A DNA stretch of 60,404 nucleotides from a virus (Duplodnaviria > Caudoviricetes): the IMG/VR virus record IMGVR_UViG_3300013006_001053, positions 1-60,404 of that record. One strand, given 5' to 3'. Within the stretch, counting starts at the first letter, position 1; each line of letters opens with the position of its first letter. The notes under the pieces were generated by a model. It made no database searches. It was given only the letters and a program-made list of their open reading frames with translations, and was not told where the DNA came from. The translations under genes were made by a program, and so were the position numbers. Of this stretch, positions 10,086 to 19,794 are shown one piece after another.

Positions 10086-10448
10086 CTAGTCTTGCTCAGC
10101 CAAAACCTTTGGAGCGTAGGCATTAATAAATGCATCAAATTCCACGGGCACATTATCAGTAACAGTCTTGTTAGTAAAATCGATTACCACTGTCTGTTCG
10201 CCAAGGTCATAGGACCCATTGCCACTGATAGCATATATGCCAAACCCGTGCTCATCTAGAATCTCGTGTTGGGTAAGATAACTAATCATCATACGGGTGC
10301 CATACGATGAGTCAAACCAGCGTGGCTTTGCGTGTTCCAAGGCCCTAGCAATGTTTCTTTCCCACTCTATTTGCCCCCAGTGGCTGTATAGGACTACACT
10401 AGGCCCGTCCTCTGAGTCTTTGAATACATAGTTAATTCTTGCTCCCAT
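10086..10448 (-). CDS. Hypothetical early protein (MGxR...LYSHW family)
   Basis: RBS AAGGAG; recurrent phage motif. Confidence 0.7.
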   Translation of the reverse strand: MGARINYVFKDSEDGPSVVLYSHWGQIEWERNIARALEHAKPRWFDSSYGTRMMISYLTQHEILDEHGFGIYAISGNGSYDLGEQTVVIDFTNKTVTDNVPVEFDAFINAYAPKVLAEQD

Positions 10449-10514
10449 TAGTTGTTCTCCTTTAGGTCATAGGTGTTTTCTTCAATTGTATCAAACAGCG
10501 AAGGCTGTGTCCAA

Positions 10515-10685
10515 TTACTCATCGCAGCCACAGCATTCAACACAGATCTGCTCATCGTCCTTGTAGCAGTTAGGACACATATACTCAGACATATTCATAT
10601 CAGGATCTAGGCACCATTCACATATGGCCAGTGATAGTTCGGCAAATGTGTAGTCGCTTAGATGTTTTTCTAATCTGTTAGTCAT
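10515..10685 (-). CDS. Cys-rich hypothetical protein
   Basis: Three CxxC motifs. Confidence 0.55.
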   Translation of the reverse strand: MTNRLEKHLSDYTFAELSLAICEWCLDPDMNMSEYMCPNCYKDDEQICVECCGCDE

Positions 10686-11052
10686 TATCTTCAACCACCT
10701 CATCAATGATGTGTCTGTCGATCATCCAGTCACGTATGTGTTCATACAGAGACTCTGGCCCGTACTCTAGGGTGAAGCCTTGCTTACCTGCATCTTTCCA
10801 GAACATCTCCCATACATCCTCTATGTCCTCTGTGACACAGTATTCTTCTTCTTGTCCCTCTTGAATGCTTGTATACAGGTCTCTAGCAACATCCCAAGCA
10901 TATACCCAAACCAAGGGCAGGCCAATAGGAAGTTTACTAATCTTCTCAATGATATCTTCAATCTCAGTATATACATCCTTCATCCGTGTATATTCTTTTT
11001 CAGGCATTAGTTCAACCTCTTTAATTGTCATTAAGATCTCCCTCAAAGTCAA
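10678..11052 (-). CDS. Hypothetical acidic protein
   Basis: Operon-packed ORF; start uncertain. Confidence 0.6.
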   Translation of the reverse strand: MTLREILMTIKEVELMPEKEYTRMKDVYTEIEDIIEKISKLPIGLPLVWVYAWDVARDLYTSIQEGQEEEYCVTEDIEDVWEMFWKDAGKQGFTLEYGPESLYEHIRDWMIDRHIIDEVVEDND

Positions 11053-11350
11053 TTACAACCTTAGATACTCGTCCGTCCTCATTGATTTGTACATACACAG
11101 GATAAACACCGTCTCCGTATCCCGTGGAAAAAGCAACAGCGCTAAACCCGCCAACCTCTCCATAGTTTGATTCTATGGTAGTTGCGCTAACGCCTTGATA
11201 AGAATAATCTCCTACTTTGCCTTCTAAGTTCCACTCCTCGCCCTCATTGGTTTTCCATTGGTCAAGATAGCAGGGGTCGCCTACCATTGCTTGTCCTGAG
11301 TCAACTCCGAAGTGTCCTGCTAAAACTAGGTCTGATAGTGTTGCTTGCAT
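11021..11350 (-). CDS. DUF4241-like protein
   Basis: GVDSGQAMVGDPCY and FSTGYGDGVYPV motifs. Confidence 0.7.
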   Translation of the reverse strand: MQATLSDLVLAGHFGVDSGQAMVGDPCYLDQWKTNEGEEWNLEGKVGDYSYQGVSATTIESNYGEVGGFSAVAFSTGYGDGVYPVYVQINEDGRVSKVVIDFEGDLNDN

Positions 11351-11722
11351 TTAGTTCTCCTCGCATTGGTGTTGGTGTTCTATATCAATTATCTCATCAC
11401 AGGTTTCACAAGTCAAGTCAGGTTCAGATACTAGGACCTGAACATCTACCCCTTCAGAAAAGGGGACCTCAGTAATAAAATAACCAATCCTATTAACAAA
11501 AGACCAGCCACTCCATATATAGGTCCCACCGTCGTCTCCGTCCCCATAGGTCCAGATATGTTTATCTGCGGCAGCCTTAACAAACTCATACTCTTTACCA
11601 TAGGTCTCAAACATATAGCCGTGCTCTCCGTCATTAAAAGAAGCACCCTTATCTATATGATTAGGGATAGGCTTATAGATAGTAGACCATACGTCAAAGT
11701 CTAGTTCAAGAAGGGTGCTCAT
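11351..11722 (-). CDS. Hypothetical protein
   Basis: FETYG...HIWT...VNRIGYFITE phage motif. Confidence 0.7.
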   Translation of the reverse strand: MSTLLELDFDVWSTIYKPIPNHIDKGASFNDGEHGYMFETYGKEYEFVKAAADKHIWTYGDGDDGGTYIWSGWSFVNRIGYFITEVPFSEGVDVQVLVSEPDLTCETCDEIIDIEHQHQCEEN

Positions 11723-11890
11723 AGTTCACCCTCAATATTCTTAGAGCCACAAGGCTCGCATTCGCCTTCTGTAACATTCTCCCACTCATCAGTCTCTACA
11801 TCCTCTAGAGTTCCGTCAGCATTGTAGATACCAAGTTTGTGGCCTGTCTCGGTATACCAGAATCGTTCTATCTGGCCACAGTCTAAACAC

Positions 11891-12139
11891 TTAGGCATTT
11901 TTTCTCCTATCTGAAATAGCGAATGCTAGTCGGTATGTTAGTCCGTAAACTTCTACTAGAGCGTCTAAGTATCCTAAGTGGTATCTATACTCAGGTAGGT
12001 CTTGAGTTTCTGATAAGTTAGTTAGTTCTGTTTCACATTCAAGCATTAGGTTTTTTAGTTCCCCGTGCATAATGTCTGTGCCCGATTCACCTAAGTCAAT
12101 CAGTTTTTGTAGTCTTGGTTCTAGGTCTGTGTTCATCAT
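11891..12139 (-). CDS. Hypothetical protein
   Basis: Directly downstream of a TGTCAG-N10-TATGAT promoter. Confidence 0.6.
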   Translation of the reverse strand: MMNTDLEPRLQKLIDLGESGTDIMHGELKNLMLECETELTNLSETQDLPEYRYHLGYLDALVEVYGLTYRLAFAISDRRKNA

Positions 12140-12318
12140 TGTTCTATCATACCTTCTGCCACTGACAACAGGTGCCTAGTGGCTTTGATCTGTCCCCTGA
12201 TATTATCAATATCTGAGAGGTCATACTCAGAGCCATTTCTGTATTCCTCATAGAATTTCTCATAGTCTTGGTTAAGACTAATTAAGTGTATTCTCATATA
12301 CTCTATCAATGTGTTCAT
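12136..12318 (-). CDS. Hypothetical protein
   Basis: Leaderless start after TATACT. Confidence 0.6.
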   Translation of the reverse strand: MNTLIEYMRIHLISLNQDYEKFYEEYRNGSEYDLSDIDNIRGQIKATRHLLSVAEGMIEQ

Positions 12319-12321
12319 ATA

Positions 12322-12534
12322 TTAAGTATAGGGGTTGCTGTTGATTTTAACAAGGTTTGGGGATGTGATATGAACCACTCCGTGGCCGTATTCAAGTTCT
12401 TGTTTATTTATTCTAATAATGGCTTGATGAAAGCAAGGACACCTAGGCTCATCTATACTGTCCAAGTAAGTAGTGATCTCTATTAAGGTATCACATTCGG
12501 TACAAAGAAAATCATACTTAGTCCACATTATCAA
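12322..12534 (-). CDS. Zn-ribbon hypothetical protein
   Basis: CTEC...CPC. Confidence 0.5.
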   Translation of the reverse strand: MIMWTKYDFLCTECDTLIEITTYLDSIDEPRCPCFHQAIIRINKQELEYGHGVVHITSPNLVKINSNPYT

Positions 12535-12842
12535 AGTACCCTTCTACTTGCAAACCTTGAAGTAACTCTTTTGCTCTCCAAGTATTGTTATATAGCCAAG
12601 GGTCGTCATTTGAATTTATCGTGGTAAGTACAGAATCCAACGCATAAACCATATCATCTACATCAGTGCTAATATAACCTAGCATTACTCACCCCAATAC
12701 TTTAAGATAGTATTCATAGTCATATGTAGATTACAATCGCAATCCCCACCATTCATATTTTCCATAAAATCAAAGTGTGAGAAATTATCCTCATAGATTT
12801 CCTCTACGAGTTCGTGTATTGTGTAAGGTTTGAATGTTGTAC

Positions 12843-13082
12843 TCATTTTGTGTGCCACTCACCTAGTTCAGGTAGGAATACATTTTCCTCTATATCCCAT
12901 TGGGCATCATCCCAACTAAGTTCATCAGTCATAATTTTACCGATTTCATCTATGAAGGTTTGCATAACGGCTTCTGCGTGGTGTGCATTCTTAGCCTTGA
13001 TATTTGTAATAGAAATAGCAAGGTCGCACGAATAGTAGTCTGCGTACATTTCAGGGTTTTCTATGTTTTCTGTTGTTGTCAT
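12843..13082 (-). CDS. Hypothetical acidic protein
   Basis: Leaderless ATG 6 nt after TATGAT. Confidence 0.6.
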   Translation of the reverse strand: MTTTENIENPEMYADYYSCDLAISITNIKAKNAHHAEAVMQTFIDEIGKIMTDELSWDDAQWDIEENVFLPELGEWHTK

Positions 13083-13096
13083 ATTACTATCATATC

Positions 13097-13504
13097 CTAT
13101 GCCACTGACATTTTGGACTGCCATAGGGAGCAGTTATCATCAAGGCGTGAGCCAAAAACACGGATGTAGTCTGCGATATCTGCTGTTTGATCTGTTAGAC
13201 ATTCTTTAACTGTGTCTACTGATATAAAGACTCTGCCATTCCATAGACCCATTTGGCCAATGTTTGTTGGTACTTCTAAGCATCCGTAAGTATCCTGCTC
13301 CCAGCCAACACCCTCTGTACAAACCAGGGCATACTTATTGTCGCCAAATACATTTTTTTCTTCAAGGGTAACGAATAGAAGATTATCTACTGTACATTCA
13401 CTAAAGTCACTACTATACTGTAGATTATAGATTCCATTAGCGATTACTGCTAACTTCTTGCCGTCAACGATTTGGCCTAAATAGCCCTTTGATCTTTCTC
13501 TCAC
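13097..13504 (-). CDS. Hypothetical protein
   Basis: GTG start after AAAGGA. Confidence 0.6.
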   Translation of the reverse strand: MRERSKGYLGQIVDGKKLAVIANGIYNLQYSSDFSECTVDNLLFVTLEEKNVFGDNKYALVCTEGVGWEQDTYGCLEVPTNIGQMGLWNGRVFISVDTVKECLTDQTADIADYIRVFGSRLDDNCSLWQSKMSVA

Positions 13505-13645
13505 TGGTGTATCCTTTGGTAGTAGGTATATATCAATTGTACCCGAACTGGGAAAAAATAGCAACTACCGTAATAAAGATTTGGGAAAAATCTCATACTT
13601 ACGTAATAAGGTTTGTAACAAAATGTGATAAAGCCGGGCCACTTG

Positions 13646-13719
13646 CGATTCCAACGGGACTTGAACCCGTAGCCTCTACCGTGACAGGGTAGCGATCTAA
13701 CCAATTGATCTATGGAATC
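13646..13719 (-). tRNA. tRNA-Asp(GTC)
   Basis: GATTCCA/TGGAATC acceptor, CTACC-CTGTCAC-GGTAG arm, GGTTCAAGTCC. Confidence 0.93.
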
Positions 13720-13722
13720 TTG

Positions 13723-13751
13723 CGAGCAGTTTTAAATCTTGCTCAGGATTT
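13723..13751 (-). ncRNA. Repeated pseudoknot element, copy 1
   Basis: AAAUC-CUGAGCAA-GAUUU-AAAAC-UGCUCG, immediately 5' of tRNA-Asp. Confidence 0.7.
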
Positions 13752-13757
13752 TTTTTG

Positions 13758-14780
13758 TTATGCTAGAGACATAACACCTTGTACAACTTTTAGCAGACGA
13801 TTTTTTTCTGCGTTGATAGCAGGGTCAAATCCGCTTGCACTTGCAAGGATAGATTCGTTAGAACCACCACGAGCAGAACGATACCAGTCAAGGCGCTCAG
13901 TTAGTGCATTGAAAGCACCCCACGCATTACCAGCAATCATTCCGTTATATTCGCCAGTGTAAATATCGTTAATCATATCTACCTTGTTTTCCCATTTCTT
14001 GCTTGAACCCTTAGCGTCTTTTTCTGGCTTAGGATAAGCAGCAAGAATGATTTTGTTAAAGTCAATGGCGCTAACTTCCTTTTCAATCATAGCCTTAGCC
14101 ATAACATCAAATTCGTCCATATAAGCATTAGCAAGACCTAAAGTCTCACGAGCAATTTGCACTTTACCATTAGCGGTTTGTGTGTGGCGAATCTTGAAAG
14201 ATTGCTTGATTCCCTTATTTTTCTTACGACCTACGCCACCAAGCGCAAGGTTAAGAGTGTTAGCGCACACAACACGAACGGGTGTTATGCTTGCTTGAAT
14301 AGCGATAGAACCATCGTGTGATGTGTTTATAAGCAAATAAGTCTTTACCTTATCACTTACACCGTTAGGGTCTAGGATTGTTTCACGCTCTAGTGCAAGC
14401 GCACCGAATACAACACGCCCACCCTTGATTGAACCAGCGGTTTCCCAACGACCCCCGCCGTCTAGGATATTATCACCAAATGAAAATAAATCTTCATTCT
14501 GCAATACGTGATAACGCTCACCAACTACGCCAAGAATATCTGTCTGGGTATTGTCGGTAGGATTTGTACGCAATACATATTGGTATGATTTGTCGCTTGT
14601 TAGGTGTGTAGGGGTTTCCAAATCCTCTAAGCGAACATTCCAGTTATCTAAACTAGCAAGAGATAGCATTTCTGCTGTTGTCTTTTCCTCGGTAAATACT
14701 GTTCCCAATCCGTGCCAAGCAGGTTCTCTGAATGACGCAAATGAGGTTTTGCCGTTTTGTGTTTCTAAATCGTGAGCCAC
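13758..14780 (-). CDS. DUF932/DUF945 (TIGR03299-like) phage/plasmid protein
   Basis: PAWHGLG, ETAGSIKGG, NTSHDGS, TPVRVVCANT, IRHT, AWGAFNALTE. Confidence 0.9.
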   Translation of the reverse strand: MAHDLETQNGKTSFASFREPAWHGLGTVFTEEKTTAEMLSLASLDNWNVRLEDLETPTHLTSDKSYQYVLRTNPTDNTQTDILGVVGERYHVLQNEDLFSFGDNILDGGGRWETAGSIKGGRVVFGALALERETILDPNGVSDKVKTYLLINTSHDGSIAIQASITPVRVVCANTLNLALGGVGRKKNKGIKQSFKIRHTQTANGKVQIARETLGLANAYMDEFDVMAKAMIEKEVSAIDFNKIILAAYPKPEKDAKGSSKKWENKVDMINDIYTGEYNGMIAGNAWGAFNALTERLDWYRSARGGSNESILASASGFDPAINAEKNRLLKVVQGVMSLA

Positions 14781-14943
14781 GATATTTTCCTTCTTTCTGT
14801 TGTTGATAATCTAATCATACACCACCCTACCGACATATGCAAATCAGGCTAGTTAGATATGGGGTAAATTGGACATTTCGTAAGCGTGTCGTAAATCATA
14901 GTGTGATCTTGGTCACGTCGGGCCGGGTTTGAAAATAAAAAAA

Positions 14944-14974
14944 TAAGCAGTTTAAATGGACGCTGCTCAGGTCC
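14944..14974 (-). ncRNA. Repeated pseudoknot element, copy 2
   Basis: GGAC-CUGAGCAGC-GUCC-AUUUAAAC-UGCUUA. Confidence 0.65.
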
Positions 14975-14990
14975 TATTAGTAGCCCCCTA

Positions 14991-15422
14991 CTAAATATCT
15001 ATTCTATCAATGCTTGATGATAGGTATCCAATATTATCTGAGTTATACTGGACGGCATCAAAATCAATATCGTTAATTGCATCCTGTGCATCCTCTTCAG
15101 TACGAGCATTAACTGTAATGGAATATGAAACTGCAACTTCAACTTCAAATTCTTTTGTTAATTCAAAGCCAACAATTTCTGCAATTGATTCTGCATCGCT
15201 TTCATCAATGGTGCCGTGCTCCAAGGCATCTAGGGTCCACTCTTGCATTGCTTCTGTAATTCTGTTACGGTCTGCAGAATCTAAATAGGAGCGCTGGGTT
15301 ATCTGTTGAACGTGCTGTTCAAGTTGAGCAATGCGCTCATCCTTGATTAAGATCTGAGACTCAAAAAATTCTTGCGATGTTACTGGTATTACTGTTGGAT
15401 ACGACGTTTTCATTTGGTCCAT
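14991..15422 (-). CDS. Hypothetical protein
   Basis: Coiled coil followed by a VNARTEEDA domain. Confidence 0.7.
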   Translation of the reverse strand: MDQMKTSYPTVIPVTSQEFFESQILIKDERIAQLEQHVQQITQRSYLDSADRNRITEAMQEWTLDALEHGTIDESDAESIAEIVGFELTKEFEVEVAVSYSITVNARTEEDAQDAINDIDFDAVQYNSDNIGYLSSSIDRIDI

Positions 15423-15427
15423 AGGGC

Positions 15428-15691
15428 TTATTCCATTTCTTTTTCTAGTTCATCGAATTCTTTGATTGTATCTACCATATCGTTCATCTGGCTTTCTGTT
15501 AAACAAACTGATGTAACTAATGTAGCAGTTAAGGCTGACAAACTTGCTGAGTATTTAAATAAGAATTGCATAAACTCATTGTCTGTCATTTCATTTCTTG
15601 CGTGGTATAAGTGCCCAGCCATATCCATAATTTCCTCATTGTGAACGGCTGACGCTGTTGCGTTTTGTATTCTTAGTGCTGTTGCTATCAT
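15428..15691 (-). CDS. Hypothetical protein
   Basis: Start MIATAL after AAGGAG and a promoter. Confidence 0.7.
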   Translation of the reverse strand: MIATALRIQNATASAVHNEEIMDMAGHLYHARNEMTDNEFMQFLFKYSASLSALTATLVTSVCLTESQMNDMVDTIKEFDELEKEME

Positions 15692-15900
15692 AGGGGTCTC
15701 CTTCTTTGTGGTGTAATATAAGTATATGTCCAAGGACTGACAAATGCAAGCGGGAATCATAAATGTCTTACATAATGGGATGTGATGTTGATCACTGCGG
15801 CCCGGCCTGCAAAAAATAAAAATGATTAGGAACGAGTTTTTATTGTGCACCTGTCAACTCTTTTCAGCAGCGGGATCCGCATCTGCCTAATCAAACTTAG

Positions 15901-15928
15901 TGAGCAGTTTAGCGACCTACTCAGGTCG
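15901..15928 (-). ncRNA. Repeated pseudoknot element, copy 3
   Basis: CGAC-CUGAGUAG-GUCG-CUAAAC-UGCUCA. Confidence 0.7.
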
Positions 15929-15976
15929 TTTGGGTTTAGGTGTCTAGACTTTGTGTGCTAACCCCCCAAACTTTAT

Positions 15977-16402
15977 TTATAGATAACGAGCAACCGCATT
16001 GTATGTGGAAGTATTTACAACTTCCTCATCTGTCATTTTGAGAATACGAATTGCGTTAGCAATTTCCTCTTTCTGACTACGATATTCGTGTGTGTGTAGT
16101 ACCTCAAACTCACGCTCAGGCTCTGATGGCATATCTTTTTCATTGGCTACAACAATATCATAGTCAATGTTTAGTGTGTTATTGTATGAGCGATATGATG
16201 TGCGGAAGTTAGTTGCTTTCTTGATGTTCTCAATAGCAAACGCCTGTATTTGCTTGCGCCATACTTCTCTAGCCTTTTCATACTTTGCTTCGTTGGCTTC
16301 TTGTGAAGTCCAATCAAGTTCTAGTTTAGCGAGTGCGCCTTCTAGTGCTTTGATTACTTTTGGTGTTGCGATTTTTACGCTAATTGCTTTTCCTCTTGAC
16401 AT
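15977..16402 (-). CDS. Hypothetical protein
   Basis: RBS AAAGGA; own promoter. Confidence 0.75.
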   Translation of the reverse strand: MSRGKAISVKIATPKVIKALEGALAKLELDWTSQEANEAKYEKAREVWRKQIQAFAIENIKKATNFRTSYRSYNNTLNIDYDIVVANEKDMPSEPEREFEVLHTHEYRSQKEEIANAIRILKMTDEEVVNTSTYNAVARYL

Positions 16403-16461
16403 AGTTTTCCTTTTCTTTGGTGGGTGTATTTATAGTATAGCGGAGGGGTCTGACATTGTGG

Positions 16462-16489
16462 TGAGCAGTTTAGTATCTTGCTCAGGATA
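16462..16489 (-). ncRNA. Repeated pseudoknot element, copy 4
   Basis: UAUC-CUGAGCAA-GAUA-CUAAAC-UGCUCA. Confidence 0.7.
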
Positions 16490-16502
16490 TTTACTTAGGC
16501 TA

Positions 16503-16664
16503 TTATGCCTTCCAAGTAGTCCAGCGTGTTGCACCTGCAACATCTAACTTAACACGAACTGTGCCGTTAGCGTTTGGCTTGATTTCTGTAATTGTGCCAG
16601 TTACCTTTGACTTCTGTGAAGTGTAAGTGTCGCCGACCTTGTATAGTGCTTGTGCTACTGTCAT
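16503..16664 (-). CDS. Small SH3-like beta protein
   Basis: MTVAQALYKVGDTYTSQKSKVTGTI...; RBS AAAGGA. Confidence 0.7.
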   Translation of the reverse strand: MTVAQALYKVGDTYTSQKSKVTGTITEIKPNANGTVRVKLDVAGATRWTTWKA

Positions 16665-16757
16665 TTTGTTTCCTTTTCTGTTGTTGGTTATATTTCTAGT
16701 ATATCCGAAAAATCTCAGAAATACAAATCTATTGGGAAATAATCTCATATTTTGAGA

Positions 16758-16928
16758 TTACTTAGAGGTCTTTACCATAGCGAAGCGGTGTGCGCCGTTT
16801 GCCAAGCGTAATGAAACTCTAGTTAGTTTAGCATTTATAGGGCTGAAGTCTGTAATGCGACCTGTAACTCCTGTTTTGCTTGTTGTGAATAAATCACCGA
16901 TTTGGTAAGTGTATCCGCCTAGGGTCAT
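16758..16928 (-). CDS. Small SH3-like beta protein, paralog of 16503
   Basis: Translated by hand: MTLGGYTYQIGDLFTTSKTGVTGRI...; own promoter and RBS. Confidence 0.7.
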   Translation of the reverse strand: MTLGGYTYQIGDLFTTSKTGVTGRITDFSPINAKLTRVSLRLANGAHRFAMVKTSK

Positions 16929-17143
16929 TGGTTTTCCTTTCGTTTTGGTGTATATAACAATTCTAGCAAAAAAATATCACAAATACAACTTTTGGTGAGG
17001 TTCTGGGGTGTGTCCTTAATCACATCTTAAATGCGTGTCGTAACTTGACAAACCAACTTTTTTGCGCCGGGCTTCCTTGATCACTGATATATAAAAAGAA
17101 TCAGTAACCAAAGAAGGACCCACCCCCACGTGTTCATTAAATA

Positions 17144-17866
17144 TTATTTCTTAGTTGCAGAAAATACAATATCTGCTTTTGAATATACGCATAGCGAGCA
17201 AGATACACAAGCGGACCCATTGCTTGAAATTAATGGAATGGCCTTAAGGTTTTCAGGGCACTTAGCACCTGGTTTTGAAGTTAACGCTTTCATATCTGCT
17301 TGACCAATAGCAAAATTCTTCGCAAGGTATGCAAGGCGAATTCCGTGATCAGTCTTTAGTTCAATACCAATAGACTTATTCTCACTATCAGTTGAATAGT
17401 ATAAGGATAGATTAGGAATATCTTTTAAAATTAGCGCTGCAGACTTAACTCGTGTGTATACCCAAAATTGAATATCAGGATGAGTATCAATTATATCTTT
17501 CCACGCATATGCATAAACATCGTTAAAAAAATCTCCGTCCCAGTGTATACGAAATAACCTAGGAGCGTTTTTCTTATTGCATTCTGCCTTGAATTCTACT
17601 ATCATTTGATCAAGAAGATCTTTCATCGTATTAGAATCAGCGTCTTTCAATAGGTCCCAATTGTGTAGGAGGCTAGCCTTTACGGAAGGGAATACCTTTT
17701 CTAACTTGCCAGCATAGCAGATACGTTCGCACACGCTAGTAGCACTAGGGCAAGAATAAGACTTGCCAGCAGGTAGGCCGAAAGTATTCGCAATCGTGGG
17801 GGTTTTCCCATTGGGTGATACCGCATTAGCAACCTTTCTATCTTTAGAACGTTTTAATTGGGTCAT
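17144..17866 (-). CDS. GP88-family protein (radical-SAM-like Cys motif)
   Basis: FGLPAG..SCPSATSVCERICYA, FRIHWDGDF, FWVYTR, C-terminal CP...CxxCxxC. Confidence 0.8.
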   Translation of the reverse strand: MTQLKRSKDRKVANAVSPNGKTPTIANTFGLPAGKSYSCPSATSVCERICYAGKLEKVFPSVKASLLHNWDLLKDADSNTMKDLLDQMIVEFKAECNKKNAPRLFRIHWDGDFFNDVYAYAWKDIIDTHPDIQFWVYTRVKSAALILKDIPNLSLYYSTDSENKSIGIELKTDHGIRLAYLAKNFAIGQADMKALTSKPGAKCPENLKAIPLISSNGSACVSCSLCVYSKADIVFSATKK

Positions 17867-17870
17867 AGAA

Positions 17871-18023
17871 TTACTCGCTCTCTTTCTTTAATTCTAGCAT
17901 TAGGGACTGACATTTCTTGCCTTTGCGAGAATAAACTTTTTTAGAAGGCACGGCTGAAGCAGCATTACTGCGGCGTAATTCCATAAGCCTGCGTAATTCC
18001 TCGGGACCCTTTGGCGTGTTCAT
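17871..18023 (-). CDS. Small basic protein (ELRRSNAA...KKVYSRK)
   Basis: Leaderless after TTGACA...TAGAAT; translated by hand. Confidence 0.55.
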   Translation of the reverse strand: MNTPKGPEELRRLMELRRSNAASAVPSKKVYSRKGKKCQSLMLELKKESE

Positions 18024-18201
18024 AAATCAATTCTAGCATTATCAGACTAAAAATGTCAAATCATAAAGCTGTGACCAATCTCACACGGCCCGGCCTTTCA
18101 ATAGTAATTAGATTTGCACTCAGAGCAAACAAAATTAAGTTTGCAATAGCAACCAATAGATACAGGTTCAGGATTTTCATAGTAGTCATCATATGAATCC
18201 A

Positions 18202-18429
18202 TTATAGATCACCCATTTCTGCGTCAGCCATACGAGTTTCCATATGGTGTGAAACTAAATCAAAAGTTGAATAAGACGGATACATAGCAGCCTCTAACTC
18301 ACAAGACCAACATAGATCAAAAACATTTAATTCTGTTTCATCACGGCAAACATTACAGTTGCCATAGTTTTCAACTGGTGAAGTTGTAGCATATAGTTCA
18401 TCATAGAACTCATCATTTTCATATCGCAT
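18202..18429 (-). CDS. Hypothetical Zn-finger protein
   Basis: CxxC..CxxC; RBS GAAAGG. Confidence 0.6.
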   Translation of the reverse strand: MRYENDEFYDELYATTSPVENYGNCNVCRDETELNVFDLCWSCELEAAMYPSYSTFDLVSHHMETRMADAEMGDL

Positions 18430-18549
18430 TTGGCACGACCTTTCGTTTAGATTATTCTAATCCTAGCAGACTGAACTGACAAATACAAGTTCTGGGGGAT
18501 TTAAACACGGTACGTAACTGTGATCTCTGCCACAGGCGGCCCGGCCCCG

Positions 18550-18789
18550 CTATTGCTCGTCTATAAAGACGTAGAGTTTAAACATATCCTCAAAGGTGCA
18601 AGCAGTTTCATATGTTTCACCAAAATCATTACGGTGTGTAACTATATAGTTATCACCTGTTGCATCATCTACAACGGACAACACTTCAACAATGTCATCA
18701 TCAACATTAATTAAATCGCCAACCATAAGTTGAGCGGGAGTTAATAAGTCAGCGTATACAAATTTCATAGTCTCCATTGTAGCAGTCAT
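18550..18789 (-). CDS. Hypothetical protein
   Basis: RBS GGAGG. Confidence 0.65.
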   Translation of the reverse strand: MTATMETMKFVYADLLTPAQLMVGDLINVDDDIVEVLSVVDDATGDNYIVTHRNDFGETYETACTFEDMFKLYVFIDEQ

Positions 18790-18913
18790 TTTACTTCCTC
18801 CACTATTACATCGTCATAGCCCATCTCTATCATCTCTTGCGCCCAATATTCTGCATCTCGTCTAGTAAGGTAGTTAGAATTTAATTCGCTTCCGCCAACC
18901 CATAGGGAGTACA

Positions 18914-19198
18914 TTAGTCCTCCCAATCAGGTAGCCAGAATGATAAGTGGTGTTGGTCTACGATAGCCCTTGCAGGTGCTTGCGTTGAGCCACGATATAA
19001 AATCTGAAAGTCTCCAACCATAGGCATATCAATCATTCGATCATAGTCCTCATCATAGTATGCATCTATTGCCTCTATGCAAGGTTGCACCATCTCTGCG
19101 GGTACTGGAGGATAGTGATTACCTTTAAGGTGATAAAGTAATTGTGTTTCTAAGTCTAGTACTGAGTCTGTTAGTCCTATTGCTGTTACTGATCCCAT
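18914..19198 (-). CDS. Hypothetical protein
   Basis: HLxGNHYPPVP motif. Confidence 0.65.
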   Translation of the reverse strand: MGSVTAIGLTDSVLDLETQLLYHLKGNHYPPVPAEMVQPCIEAIDAYYDEDYDRMIDMPMVGDFQILYRGSTQAPARAIVDQHHLSFWLPDWED

Positions 19199-19330
19199 AT
19201 TACTTATAGTCCCAATCTGCGATTACTCCGTCAATGGCATCTGCCATATCTGCTTCAAATAATTCTAACTCATCTGCTGTTAGTTTGCTCATAACTGTTT
19301 CGATCTTTTCGATAAACTCTGCACTATACA

Positions 19331-19540
19331 TTACTTAACCGTTACCTCTCCGTTGCGATAAAATGTCTTAGTGTACATCTTACCTGTTGGGTCTGACAAG
19401 TTATAGGTTGCGTATTCTTTAGCATCACCAAAGTCCACACACTTAGTCCAAGCATCTACCGCTTCCATTAAGTCTGCGGTACGCATAGTAAAATAAAGCA
19501 CTCCGTCATATGAGGCAGTTAGTGAGTAGTTATATTCCAT
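19331..19540 (-). CDS. Hypothetical protein
   Basis: RBS and promoter upstream. Confidence 0.65.
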   Translation of the reverse strand: MEYNYSLTASYDGVLYFTMRTADLMEAVDAWTKCVDFGDAKEYATYNLSDPTGKMYTKTFYRNGEVTVK

Positions 19541-19794
19541 TAGTTTCCTTCTTTCTTTACAATAATAGTAGCAGAGAGGGCTGACAAGGCTTCTGCCTTG
19601 CTTGCTTCACGTTGGGCCTTGACGTGAGCCTTAAATTCATCTAGGTTCATAGACTTCCTTCTTTCTTGAGTTGATATAAATATCCTATCATCTATTACCG
19701 ACAAATACTAATCCATAAGGGGGTTCAGGGGTGTGTTTATAATCACACGTAAAGGGTTGTGGATAAACTGTGGACGACACGCCGGGCCAAACTT

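Noticed and set aside
13501-13704. ORFs overlapping tRNA-Asp, and plus-strand ORFs throughout 4-21 kb
   Set aside because: They overlap a clear tRNA or better-supported minus-strand genes
16741-16759. AATCTCA-N5-TGAGATT palindrome
   Set aside because: Only one full copy; cannot distinguish an operator from a weak hairpin
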